Positions 1-11,217 of a stretch of 64,000 nucleotides of DNA are shown one piece after another. The notes beneath the pieces were generated by a model. The model ran no database searches. It saw only the letters and a list, made by a program, of their open reading frames with translations, and was not told the origin of the DNA. The DNA is from Macrostomum lignano (taxonomy: Eukaryota), in the NCBI GenBank assembly GCA_002269645.1, contig NIVC01000462.1, positions 463,516 through 527,515 on the forward strand. Direction: 5' to 3'. The number at the start of each line of letters is the position of its first letter. The stretch's first letter is position 1. The position numbers and the translations under genes are program-made.

Positions 1-453
1 TCAATCTCCATAGTGCTCAGCACCAACGCCCCAACTCTCAGACAGTGTGAATCGTAATCAGGTGCCTTGCGACTCTCCAGTCTCCTGCTCTCATTATCAT
101 GCTCAGCGCCTCAGGGTTTGAGTCTGGTCCGAGGACCGATCAAAACCAGCCCTGAGGCTGATGGGGGCTGCTGCTGATACTTGAGAGACACTTAACTTCT
201 CATTATCACCGTGTGACGCGTTCAAGCAATGCGCAGTTGGTGTCTTACCAGACAGGCTCAAACCGAACTCTGAGACTTTGAGACAGCAATCGCAGATCTT
301 TGTTCTCAGCTGGATCTGGCCCAGTTACCTAATTGGCAGTCAGGCCTTGAAGCTGGAAGTGAAGCTAATTGACGCTTACCTTTCGATTTCCAAGAAATTG
401 CTGGCTTTTGATAACAGTGATTTGGGGAGTTCAGTTATGGGGAGCTGAACTTG

Positions 454-1240
454 GTGTGCAAATGGCGCCAGAGAAAGTGTGCAAATGACGCCAAAAATTG
501 TGCAAATGGCGCCAGAGAAAGTGTGCAAGTGGCGCCGGATTGGGAAGTGTGCAAGTGGCACCAGAGAAAGTGTGCAAATGGCGCCAGATTAAGAAGTGTG
601 CAAATGGCGCCAGAGAAAGTGTGCAAGTGGCGCCGGATTGGGAAGTGTGCAAGTGGCGCCAGAGAAAGTGTGGAAATGGCGCCATATTAAGAAGTGTGCA
701 AGTGGCGCCGGATTGGGAAGTGTGCAAGTGGCGCCAGGGAAAGTGTGAAAATGGCGCCATATTAAGAAGTGTGCAAATGGCGCCGGATTGGGAAGTGTGC
801 AAGTGTGCAAGTGGCGCCAGACAAAGAGTGCAAATGGCGTCAGAGAAAGTGTGCAAATGGCGCCAGATTAAGAAGTGTGCAAATGGCGCCAGAGGAAGTG
901 TGCAAGTGGCGCCAAAAATTGTGCAAATGGCGCTTAAGTAAGTGTGAAAATGGAGCCAGATTGGGAAGGATGCAAATAGCGCCAGAGGAAGTGTGCAAAT
1001 GGCACCAGATTGTGCAAATAGCGCCAGGTTGGCAAGTGTGCAAATGGCACCAGAGGAAGTATGCATAAGGCGCCAGAGAAAGTGTGCAAGTGGCGCCAGA
1101 GAAAGTGTGCAAGTGGCGCCAGAGAAAGTGTGCAAGTGGCGCCAGAGAAAGTGTGCAAGTGGCGCCAGAGAAAGTGTGCAAGTGGCGCCAGAGAAAGTGT
1201 GCAAGTGGCGCCAGAGAAAGTGTGCAAGTGGCGCCAGAGA
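454..1240. repeat. 23-bp minisatellite (AGTGTGCAAGTGGCGCCAGAGAA and variants)
   Basis: Tandem units are directly visible, near-perfect at 1081-1240 and more degenerate on the 5' side. The overlapping ORFs are repeat read-throughs. Confidence 0.95.
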
Positions 1241-1969
1241 TAAAGCAAGTACTGCTGCAACACTGAAGTCACCTGAAGTCGCCATTTTCAAGCTTAGGCC
1301 GGACCTTCTGCAAGGTCCATGCCGCAGTCTCAGTTGCGACTCCTGACTCACCCACAAGCCAGTCTGGTGTGGGGCAGACATTTCTGGGAAACATCGGGCT
1401 GCTCTGCTGCTCACCCATAGTCGGCGACAGAAATTCTAGAAGAGCCAGAGAAGCCAGAGAGACATGCAGGCAGGGACTGGGATGGGAGACTTATAATAGA
1501 ATTATAAGACCCAGAAATTCGATTTAATCTGGCCAGCAAAAAAAAGTTAAGTCGACCGGCAGTCGGTTGGAGGCAGGCCACCCCGACAGCAAAAAAAGTG
1601 AATTTTTTTAAGCTGGACCAACTCAGGGAGGCCAAAATGCCGACTTTGTGGGATGTCCGGCCGCTTCATCTGCAACCTTGGCTGGGGGCTCTGCAGGAGA
1701 CAAAAATAAGCATTTAATTTGTTTAGCTTTTTGCTTTAGTGGCCATGAGCCCACCGGATGGTGTTTTTTGCTTTTTAATAATATTTATTTCATTGATGAA
1801 ATGGAATTTTGATTGCGCAACATATTAGTAAGTCGAGACCAATGCTGTGCTCTCCTCTCTCACTGTCTCCCCCTCTCCCTCTTTAGACGCAAATTTTTGG
1901 CCTGACGAAGAGCCCAGAGGCTTGAAACTGGGTGCCATTTCCTAAATACTAAAGAATTAATACACGTGA

Positions 1970-1970
1970 C

Positions 1971-2067
<97 letters not shown>

Positions 2068-2127
2068 ACTCCCTCTCCCTCTCTCTCTCACTCCCTCTCA
2101 CTCTCTCTCTCTCTCTCTCCCTCTCTC

Positions 2128-2192
<65 letters not shown>

Positions 2193-2490
2193 TTTCACTC
2201 TCCCTCGCCCTCTCCCTCTCTCCCTCTCCCCTCACTCTCCCTCTCGCCCTCTCCCTCTCCCCCTCACTCTCCCTCTCCCCCTCACTCTCCCTCTCCCTCT
2301 CTCCCCTTCCCTCTCTCCCTCTTTATCTCCCACTCCCTCTCCCTCTCTTTTCCTCTCACCCTCCCTCTCCCTCTCTCTCCTTCCGCTTCTCTCTCCCCTC
2401 CCTCTCTCCTTCTCTCTCTCTCCCCCTCCCTCTCCTCACTCTCTCCCTCTCTCCGCTCCCTCTCTCCCTCTCTCTCTTTCCCTATCAATC
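1970..2490. repeat. (CT)n microsatellite grading into CT-rich low complexity
   Basis: Directly visible. Confidence 0.95.
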
Positions 2491-3036
2491 TCTCTCGCCT
2501 CATCCACACGAATCTACATCAGCCGTAGTCCATGTGTCTCAGTCAGCTCCAAACCCATTGAGAAAGCAGTCAGACCCCAGAGACAAGCTGGACTCAGACT
2601 CAGCTCAGTTTCCAATGCACTCAGTTCTGACATGACAATGCTTTTAATTCTGGATATCATTTTATCCTTACAGTTTATCAATTATTCACCAGGAGAATGT
2701 CGAGGCATTAAGTCTGCTCAAACTCAAGTCCCACTGCTCAAGCTTGGAGACCGAATCTCAAAGGCCAGTCAATCAATCAAAGTCAAAAGCGCTTTCAGAG
2801 CAGCATATGGGCGACTTGTCAAATGCATTGTGCTGAAATTGACTGCAAGAGTAAAACTTTCTTAACTCGCTACTTAAATGAGTAGAGTACATTGGTTTTT
2901 GATAATTGACCAAGATTTCTACGGCACTCAACAAATAAAAAATTATGAACAGAAATTTCTAGAATATTTTTCTCGATAGTTTTTTTTCAGTTACTTAGGA
3001 AACGTATTGTGGCTTTTAAAAGTGTTGAGAAAGTAG

Positions 3037-3580
3037 CTGAAGGATAACTGAAGGTCTAAATGAATGGCTGAAGGATAGCTGAAGGTCTAAATGAATGGCT
3101 GAAGGGTGACTGAAGGTCTAAATGAATGGCTGAAGGATAGCTGAAGGTCTAAATGAATGGCTGAAGAGTGACTGAAGGTCTAAATGAATGGCTGAAGGAT
3201 AGCTGAAGGTCTAAATGAATGGCTGAAGGGTGACTGAAGGTCTAAATGGATAGCTGAAGGTCTAAATGAATGGCTGAAGGGTGGCTGAAGGTCTAAATGA
3301 ATGGCTGAAGGGTGACTGAAGGTCTAAATGAATGGCTGAAGGATAGCTGAAGGTCTAAATGAATGGCTGAGGGGTAGCTGAAGGCCTAAATGAATGGCTG
3401 AAGAGTGACTGAAGGTCTAAATGAAGGTCTAAATGGATAGCTGAAGGTCTAAATGAATGGCTGAAGGGTGACTGAAGGTCTAAATGGATAGCTGAAGGTC
3501 TAAATGGATAGCTGAAGGTCTAAATGAATGGCTGAAGGGTGACTGAAGGTCTAAATGAATGGCTGAAGGGTGACTGAAGG
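3037..3580. repeat. 31-bp minisatellite (CTGAAGGTCTAAATGAATGGCTGAAGGATAG)
   Basis: Tandem units are directly visible. Confidence 0.95.
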
Positions 3581-3952
3581 TTTTGCGACTGACAAATATC
3601 TGAAAAATACTTGGCCAGCGACCGGCACGCGATACAGTGCAATTGTACTTAAAAGCCGAAGTTCATATTTGGTCGGTCAGAGGCGAGGCCTGCGCCATAG
3701 TTGGCTGTCGGCGTGGCGGGTGTGTTGTGGCAACAGAGCGGAGTTGTTTTGTAAAGAGATAGTTGGTGGACGGTAAAGAGAGAGAGAAAGAGAGAGAAAG
3801 AGAGAGGGGGCAGAGAGGGCAGCTGAGTACTTACTGCACAATCATATTATAGCTGAAAAATTTTACCCAACAATTAAGGGAAAAGCAGTTACTATTAGTA
3901 GGATGAGGGCTTAGGTATTGTTAGCGAAGTGAACTGGTGGGCGGATTTCTGC

Positions 3953-5056
3953 GGAGTGATGCAGGGAGTGATGCAGAGAGTGATGCAGGGAGTGAGACAG
4001 GGAGAGAGGCAGGGAGTGATGCAGGGAGTGATGCAGGGAGAGAGGCAGGGAGTGATGCAGGGAGTGATGCAGGGAGTGAGACAGGGAGTGATGCAGAGAG
4101 TGATGCAGGGAGTGAGACAGGGAGTGATGCAGAGAGTGATGCAGGGAGTGAGACAGGGAGTGATGCAGAGAGTGATGCAGGGAGTGAGACAGGGAGTGAT
4201 GCAGAGAGTGATGCAGGGAGTGATGCAGGGAGTGATGCAGGGAGTGATGCAGGGAGTGATGCAGGGAGTGATGCAGGGAGTGATGCAGAGAGTGATGCAG
4301 GGAGTGATGCAGGGAGTGAGACAGGGAGTGAGACAGGGAGTGATGCAGGGAGTGATGCAGATAGTGATGCAGATAGTGATGCAGGGAGTGATGCAGGGAG
4401 TGATGCCGGGAGTGATGCAGGGAGTGATGCAGGGAGTGATGCAGGGAGTGATGCAGGAGTGATGCAGGGAGTGATGCAGGGAGTGATGCAGGGAGTGATG
4501 CAGAGAGTGATGCAGGGAGTGATGCAGGGAGTGAGACAGGGAGTGATGCAGGGAGTGATGCAGAGAGTGATGCAGGGAGTGATGCAGGGAGTGATGCAGG
4601 GAGTGATGCAGAGAGTGATGCAGGGAGTGATGCAGGGAGTGATGCAGGGAGTGAGACAGGGAGTGATGCAGGGAGTGATGCAGATAGTGATGCAGATAGT
4701 GATGCAGGGAGTGATGCAGGGAGTGATGCCGGGAGTGATGCAGGGAGTGATGCAGGGAGTGATGCAGGGAGTGATGCAGGAGTGATGCAGGGAGTGATGC
4801 AGGGAGTGATGCAGGGAGTGATGCAGGGAGTAATGCAGGGAGTGATGCAGGGAGTGAGACAGGGAGTGAGACAGGGAGTGAGACAGGGAGTGATGCAGGG
4901 GGTGAGACAGGGAGTGATGCAGGGAGTGATGCAGAGAGTGATGCAGGGAGTGATGCAGGGAGTGAGACAGGGAGTGATGCAGGGAGTGAGACAGGGAGTG
5001 ATGCAGGGAGTGATGCAGGGAGTAAGGCAGAGAGTGAGACAGAGAGTGATGCAGGT
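3953..5056. repeat. 12-bp minisatellite (GAGTGATGCAGG)
   Basis: Tandem units are directly visible. They generate spurious VMQG/SDAG/ITPC ORFs. Confidence 0.95.
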
Positions 5057-5920
5057 CCCTGAGGCAGCCGCATTGATTAGAGCACAGTGAGCACTCCGCC
5101 CCCAGAGCAGCAGCCAGCGAGAACAGGCTAATCTTCCCAAATCCAGTTCCCAAACTCCCAGAAAATGAGGCTCTCTTTCTCCTTCCTTCTTTCCCGCATC
5201 AATCGCTGGGGGGGGCATGTTTCTGTAATCCCCTGTCCCCCAGCCCCCAGATCCCTTTTTCGGCTCCACATCCGAAGTGCCTATAATATCTCTGACCATC
5301 TCGGAGCAGAGTTTGAGTGCTTAAACCAGCTCAGGGTTCGGTTTGGGATCTAAACAGGCTCCCAATTCCCTTGCTCTCCCTTCCCCCTTTCCCCAGCGCT
5401 GTGCATGAATGAGTTGACGCGGACAGAAACACTTCACGCACTCGTGACCAAATGATTAGCTACAGGGGGAAGCCGGCGGCCTTCGCCGCAGTCTCCATCC
5501 TCCCAGCCATCAAACTCCCCCCCCTTAGCCAGGAAAGGGGAGTTCGAGGGTCAGGGAAAACGAGGAGCATTCTAGTAAATATCGCGTATCCCTTGTCTGG
5601 CTCTCCCTGTGCGCAAGTTTATCCTCTCCCCCATTTACCCATGTGCTCCCAACCTCCCCTTCTTCCTCGCGTCTCTAAGAGAGGGCCAGAGAATTGCTAG
5701 GGAAGGGACGAAAATCTGGAGAAATCCTTGTAGAATGTACACGGCCGCAAATATTCAAGCATAGTGGAGGAGATTTCTATTATGAAGGCGGCAATTAGCC
5801 ATGGCCCATGGCGGTGGGCCCCCCCCCCCAACCAGTCGTATCGATTCGCTAACTGGAAGAGAAGATGCTCTCGCCAATTTTGTAGGAGTTGCACCGTTAT
5901 GACTCTGCCAGAAAAGGCCG

Positions 5921-6750
5921 CCAAAATTGTATTGAATAAGGCGCCAAAATTGCATTGAATAAGGCGTCAAAATTGCATTGAATAAGGCGCCAAAATTGCA
6001 TTGAATAAGGCGCCAAAATTGCATTGAATAAGGCGTCAAAATTGCATTGAATAAGGCGCCAAAATTGCATTGAATAAGGCGCCAAAACTGCATTGAATAA
6101 GGCGCCAAAATTGCATTGAATAAGGCGTCAAAATTGCATTGAATAAGGCGCCAAAATTGCATTGAATGAGGCGCCAAAATTGCATTGAATAAGGCGCCAA
6201 AATTGCATTGAATAAGGCGTCAAAATTGCATTGAATAAGGCGCCAAAATTGCATTGAATAAGGCGCCAAAATTGCATTGAATAAGGCGTCAAAATTGCAT
6301 TGAATAAGGCGTCAAAATTGCATTGAATAAGGCGCCAAAATTGCATTGAATAAGGCGCCAAAATTGCATTGAATAAGGCGCCAAAATTGCATTGAATAAG
6401 GCGCCAAAATTGCATTGAATAAGGCGCCAAAATTGCATTGAATAAGGCGCCAAAATTGCATTGAATAAGGCGCCAAAATTGCATTGAATAAAGCGCCAAA
6501 ATTGCATTGAATAAAGCGCCAAAATTGCATTGAATAAGGCGCCAAAATTGCATTGAATAAGGCGCCAAAATTGCATTGAATAAGGCGCCAAAATTGCATT
6601 GAATAAGGCGCCAAAATTGCATTGAATAAGGCGCCAAAATTGCATTGAGCAAGGCGCCAAAATTGCATTGAATAAGGCGCCAAAATTGCATTGAATAAGG
6701 CGCCAAAATTGCATTGAATAAGGCGCCAAAATTGCATTGAGCAAGGCGCC
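5921..6750. repeat. 23-bp minisatellite (GGCGCCAAAATTGCATTGAATAA)
   Basis: Highly homogeneous tandem units. Confidence 0.95.
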
Positions 6751-8102
6751 CCATTGCACCCAGTGGTACGGCAGTCTTGAATTGACGTCAAGCTATTGGC
6801 ACATTTTTCAGCGACAGACCGGTCACAGGACAGGACCAGGACATGCCGGAAATATATAATATGCAGCAATGCCATCCCTATGGCGGCCGTGCCATACAAA
6901 GTTTCTTTAAAAAAAAACTTTCCATCCCCTCCCTAAGTTCTCTTCCCTTGTACACGCACAACACAGCGGACGGAGGACTTGAGAGGAGAACTAGGGACCG
7001 CTTTCCCATGCAAGTGTATATAAAATTCCCCTAACCAACAACCTCGATCCCAGATCCCCTGAAACTGGCCCCACCAACCCCTCCCCTCCCCTTAGCAGGC
7101 CCGCTGTCATCCCTTCTCGCGATTTCTGGCCGCTCAGCTTGCGGCAAAGAAATCAAGCCAATAAGTTTTTTCGTGCGCTCGCTGTGGTCTGAAAACAGGG
7201 CTTGGCCGGCCCCACACTCTCTTCAGCGGCAGCAAATAGCGGCACCTACGGCCCGAAGCAGCAGACAGTTTCCCGCAGACGCTCGTGCCCATGCATTTAA
7301 TCCGATATAGCCAGCCGGTAATAGGGCCACCCTAGCATCTCTGCCTGTGTCCTCCGAGCCTCAATCAGGGTGGCCTTTCCAGGGCTTTTTTTTCAGTAGC
7401 AGAGACAGGCAGAAGAAAAAGAAAGAAAAGAGGGAGGGAGCCTGTGCGCAACCTGCACAGTCGAGAATGGTGCAAGAAGAAAAAAGCAAAGAATTTCTCT
7501 CTCCCTCTCTCTCATTCACTCTATATTCTGCATATTCCGCAATCGTTTTCAAGCGCATCAAGAAATACTTTTAGTTTTGGAGAGACACAAGAAGGCAAGT
7601 GCCGAGGGTTTGAAGAGGAAAGACTTGCTTTGCCTGCAGTCGGACTGCGCCTTTAACTCCGAGGTTCACATGCGCAGAAGCAGACAGAGTTGGCCCTCTT
7701 TTCTCTCACTCTGCTAATGCAAAGCATGAGAAAGCATTGGCAGGGCAGATCTCACAGGGTCAAGAGGAGCCAGCTTAGTGTAAAGTTTATACACAGTTGG
7801 AATTGAAAACTGCAGTGGCTGCAGGATAAACTGAACTTCGGCTGTCAAATTAAAATTGTCGCTTTGCACTTGAAGCCGTACAGATTTTGCTGGATTGAAG
7901 ATTAAAACAAATACGCTCGTAGGTCATTTATTTGACAATAAACCTTTGGACAATCTTTTTGCTCGTGTCGGTTTTAGTAGATTTTGAAGGCTTATTAGGA
8001 AACATTCTTAACACAATGATAAACTCACTTTAAATAGCAATTTGTACTGTTTATAAGGCATTCCAGGAGCCAGTTTAGGTGTCAAGGCGTGCAGTTCATC
8101 GA

Positions 8103-8438
8103 CAGTTCAGGAGTGACTCTCAAGCCAGTTCAGGAGTGATTCTCTCAAGCCAGTTCAGGAGTGACTCTCTCAAGCCAGTTCAGGAGTGACTCTCAAGCCA
8201 GTTCAGGAGTGACTCTCAAGCCAGTTCAGGAGTGAGTCTCAAGCCAGTTCAGGAGTGACTCTCAAGCCAGTTCAGGAGTGACTCTCAAGCCAGTTCAGGA
8301 GTGACTCTCAATGCAGTTCAGGAGTGACCCTCAAGCCAGTTCAGGAGTGACTCTCAAGCCAGTTTAGGAGTGACTCTCAAGCCAGTTCAGGAGTGACTCT
8401 CAAGCCAGTTCAGGAGTGAATCTCTCAAGCCAGTTCAG
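8103..8438. repeat. 23-bp minisatellite (CAAGCCAGTTCAGGAGTGACTCT)
   Basis: Tandem units are directly visible. Confidence 0.95.
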
Positions 8439-9648
8439 TAGCGAGTCTTCTAGGCAATATTGAAAATAAAAAAGTCACAACCAGAAGCCAAATTGAGATT
8501 TAAAATTTGTTATAAAAAGTTATTGCCACACCAGAAGACATGGCAGACATGCTTGCTAAAGTTTGTGTCTGTGTGTGAGTCCCAAACGGTCTCAAGTGTG
8601 CCATAATTGACAATTATACATATATTTATATAATTTTTATTGAATAGAAAAAATACTGCAAAAGTGCAGCCGCTAATTAATTGAGACAGAAATTGCAGCT
8701 CACAAAAAGTGTTTTTTGAGTGGGAAAAGTCTCGAGCTCAAGTTGAATTACCCGGCAACAGACCGAGAGAATGAGAGAGAAAAAAAAGCGCAGATTACAA
8801 TTACGTAATAAAAATATATTTATATAATCAAAGTTTTAGTGATAATCGCTCAATGTTTCTTGTACCTTTGTGCATCGAAGCAAACACAAATCAATCAGGT
8901 AAAATTATCGATTAAACAAATTATGTACATTGCTATACTTATACACACGCGAGGAATATTAAATAATAATTTAATATTCGATTTGTTGATCAAAAAAGCA
9001 GCGGCAGGGGCAATAGACAGTCAGGCAACGCTAAATATACAGAAAATTTGAAAAGCAACACTATAAAAGCAGGGATAGATAGAAGCGACGATGGGGGAGG
9101 GGGCAAAGTTAGCGTCAGTTGGGCAGACTTTATAGCTTAGCTGGCATAATACTAATAACATTTAATCATGTTACAATACTGTATAAAATCTGCACTCGAA
9201 ATATTTTTGACGGCGAATTGAAAAGCCGCACAGGACCCAGAGCAGCTGTGCAGGAAAAAAGGACAAAAATTGAGAGCAAATTAACAAATAGAAGATCAGC
9301 ATGATACAAAGCAGAAAATATATGCTATAAAGAGTAATAATTATAAATATAATAATTATAGAATTCTGCAAACATAGGTAATCTTTTTTATCAGTTGCAA
9401 AAAGACAACAAAAAAGACAACAGATTATTATAAACGAGAACAAACAAGAGATAAAAAACAACAGCAAAAGTTGCAGCTATTTAAGATAAACCTACTTAGC
9501 ATTCTTGCGGAAGCGGCACTATAAATAAACAGGATTCGGGTTCTGACTTGTGTTTGATTCAACAATTGAGTTATAATAACAACAGACTATATTAGGAATA
9601 CTCAGGGATCCGCCCCCCAGCTGAGAGAAATCAACTCCAAGTCCCATG

Positions 9649-11217
9649 TCAGATGATGCCACCCAATAGGCTGTCACCTCCAGTTGATGCTTCGTCCAGC
9701 AGTGACAGCAGATCGCCGAAATTCCCATCGCCACCGCCTAATGGCTCCAACGCCAAGTCGTCCAAGTCTGTTTTAATACTAGCAGGATCTGTGGTTGAGC
9801 AACTGCTAGCGTTGGTTGAATTCGTAGGCGGGTAACTGCTGCTGTATTGCTGCTGCTGCTGCTGTTGTTGTTGCGACTGCTGCTGAGATTGAGAAGCCAC
9901 TGCAGCAGGCACCTGTTGCTGCTGCTGTTGATAAGTCCAAGGCGGCTGAGACAGCGGCGCCTGTCCATAAGGCGGATAAACGGCGGCAGGCCTCACGGAG
10001 GCGCCAGCATAAGAAGTGGGATAAGACGGCATCACAGAAGCCGAGCTCATGACTGGCTTCTGCTGTTGCTGACGCTGAGTTCCGCTGGCGGCACAAGCAG
10101 GCGATGCAGCTCGACCGTCTGCTTGCTGCAGTTGCTGCTGCTGGTGGTGCTGATGCGGCAGCACCGGGACTCTCCATCTGCAGTCGCGATCGAGCAGTAC
10201 TCGGTCAACCATACTGGAGCGAGTCTCCTCAAGCAAGCCAAAGATAAATTCGTCAATCTCTAAGCCGGATAATTGAGCAGATTTCTGACACACGGGGCAT
10301 CGCCAGGTGTTAAAATTGGCGTTTCTCTCTAGGTAGGTGCGCAAGTCGAAGCATTGGGCGTGATGACAATCGGAGCCTCTGGCTGGCAAATCGATGCGGT
10401 GATTGCTGATTGGACAGCGCAGAGACAGCGCGCACTGATGCAGCTGCTGCTGCTGATGCAGGTGTTTCAGCTTCTCTACGCAACTCTCTAGCGCGAGCCG
10501 ACGCCTACGCCAGAGGCCCTGAACTACGGAGGCCACGGTGGGCCGGTGCACCAGCTGCAAGAGAAACAGGTGGCTGCAACAGCAAGCCGACAGGCCTAAT
10601 TGCAGACAATTGGCTTGACCAGTGCCAGGCTGTAACAGCAGCTGCTTCAAGTGAACAGGACGGCACTGGTGAGTGATGGGCACAGGGCTGCCATTGACAG
10701 ACACAGTCAGGCCAGCTGGCCAGTTGCACAGAGCCGCAGGATCGTTGGCTAAGCAGGCAAGGAATTGCAGTTCAAGATCAGCTCGACTCATCAGGGTCTT
10801 GTACACTTCCGGCTTCAATTCGAATTGATGACGAGACATGGCTAAGCCGTGGTCCACGTGGAATGGACCCAGCAGGGTGCCAGATGGGACGCAGAAGTTC
10901 AGCCTGGATGAGTGGCTATCCTCAGAGTCTTGGAGGCCTTGGAGCTGCTGCTGCTGATGATGATGATGAGGCTGCTGCTGATAAGGATGAGGCGGCGGCA
11001 GTGGAGGCTGAGGATAAGGTTGATAGTGCGGGGGATAGGCCGGGTTGGGCCCACCATATCTAGATGCTGGCAGACTGTAGGGAGCAGGCCTGTGCTGCAT
11101 CTGATGCTGTTGCTGCTGCAAATGATGCTGAGTGATTTTGCCGCCGCCACTGCCACCACCGCCGCCCGAGTAAGAAGGGTTTGGATGCGACCAACCCTCC
11201 TTACCAAGAGCGCACAT
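9649..11217 (-). CDS. ZMIZ: Zinc finger MIZ (SP-RING) domain protein, ZMIZ1/2 (tonalli)-like; single coding exon
   Basis: The ORF contains GPFHVDHGLAMSRHQFEL...LELQF...NWPAGLTVSVNG...ACCCSHLFLLQLVHRPTVASVVQGL, the ZMIZ-specific region. It also contains the SP-RING motif SLRCPISNHRIDLPARGSDCHHAQCFDL...WRCPVC. The likely start is the ATG at 11217, just downstream of an acceptor-like TTTCAG; the ORF track starts at 11256. Confidence 0.9.
   Translation of the reverse strand: MCALGKEGWSHPNPSYSGGGGGSGGGKITQHHLQQQQHQMQHRPAPYSLPASRYGGPNPAYPPHYQPYPQPPLPPPHPYQQQPHHHHQQQQLQGLQDSEDSHSSRLNFCVPSGTLLGPFHVDHGLAMSRHQFELKPEVYKTLMSRADLELQFLACLANDPAALCNWPAGLTVSVNGSPVPITHQCRPVHLKQLLLQPGTGQANCLQLGLSACCCSHLFLLQLVHRPTVASVVQGLWRRRRLALESCVEKLKHLHQQQQLHQCALSLRCPISNHRIDLPARGSDCHHAQCFDLRTYLERNANFNTWRCPVCQKSAQLSGLEIDEFIFGLLEETRSSMVDRVLLDRDCRWRVPVLPHQHHQQQQLQQADGRAASPACAASGTQRQQQQKPVMSSASVMPSYPTSYAGASVRPAAVYPPYGQAPLSQPPWTYQQQQQQVPAAVASQSQQQSQQQQQQQQQYSSSYPPTNSTNASSCSTTDPASIKTDLDDLALEPLGGGDGNFGDLLSLLDEASTGGDSLLGGII

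Noticed and set aside
376-1414. Overlapping ORFs at the window start, and similar ones at 5755-6899, 25775-26671, 28692-29350 and 33016-33335
   Set aside because: All are minisatellite translations without domain signatures.
3895-5299. Long ORFs (VMQG, SDAG, ITPC, LHHS repeats)
   Set aside because: These are read-throughs of a 12-bp minisatellite open in many frames on both strands.
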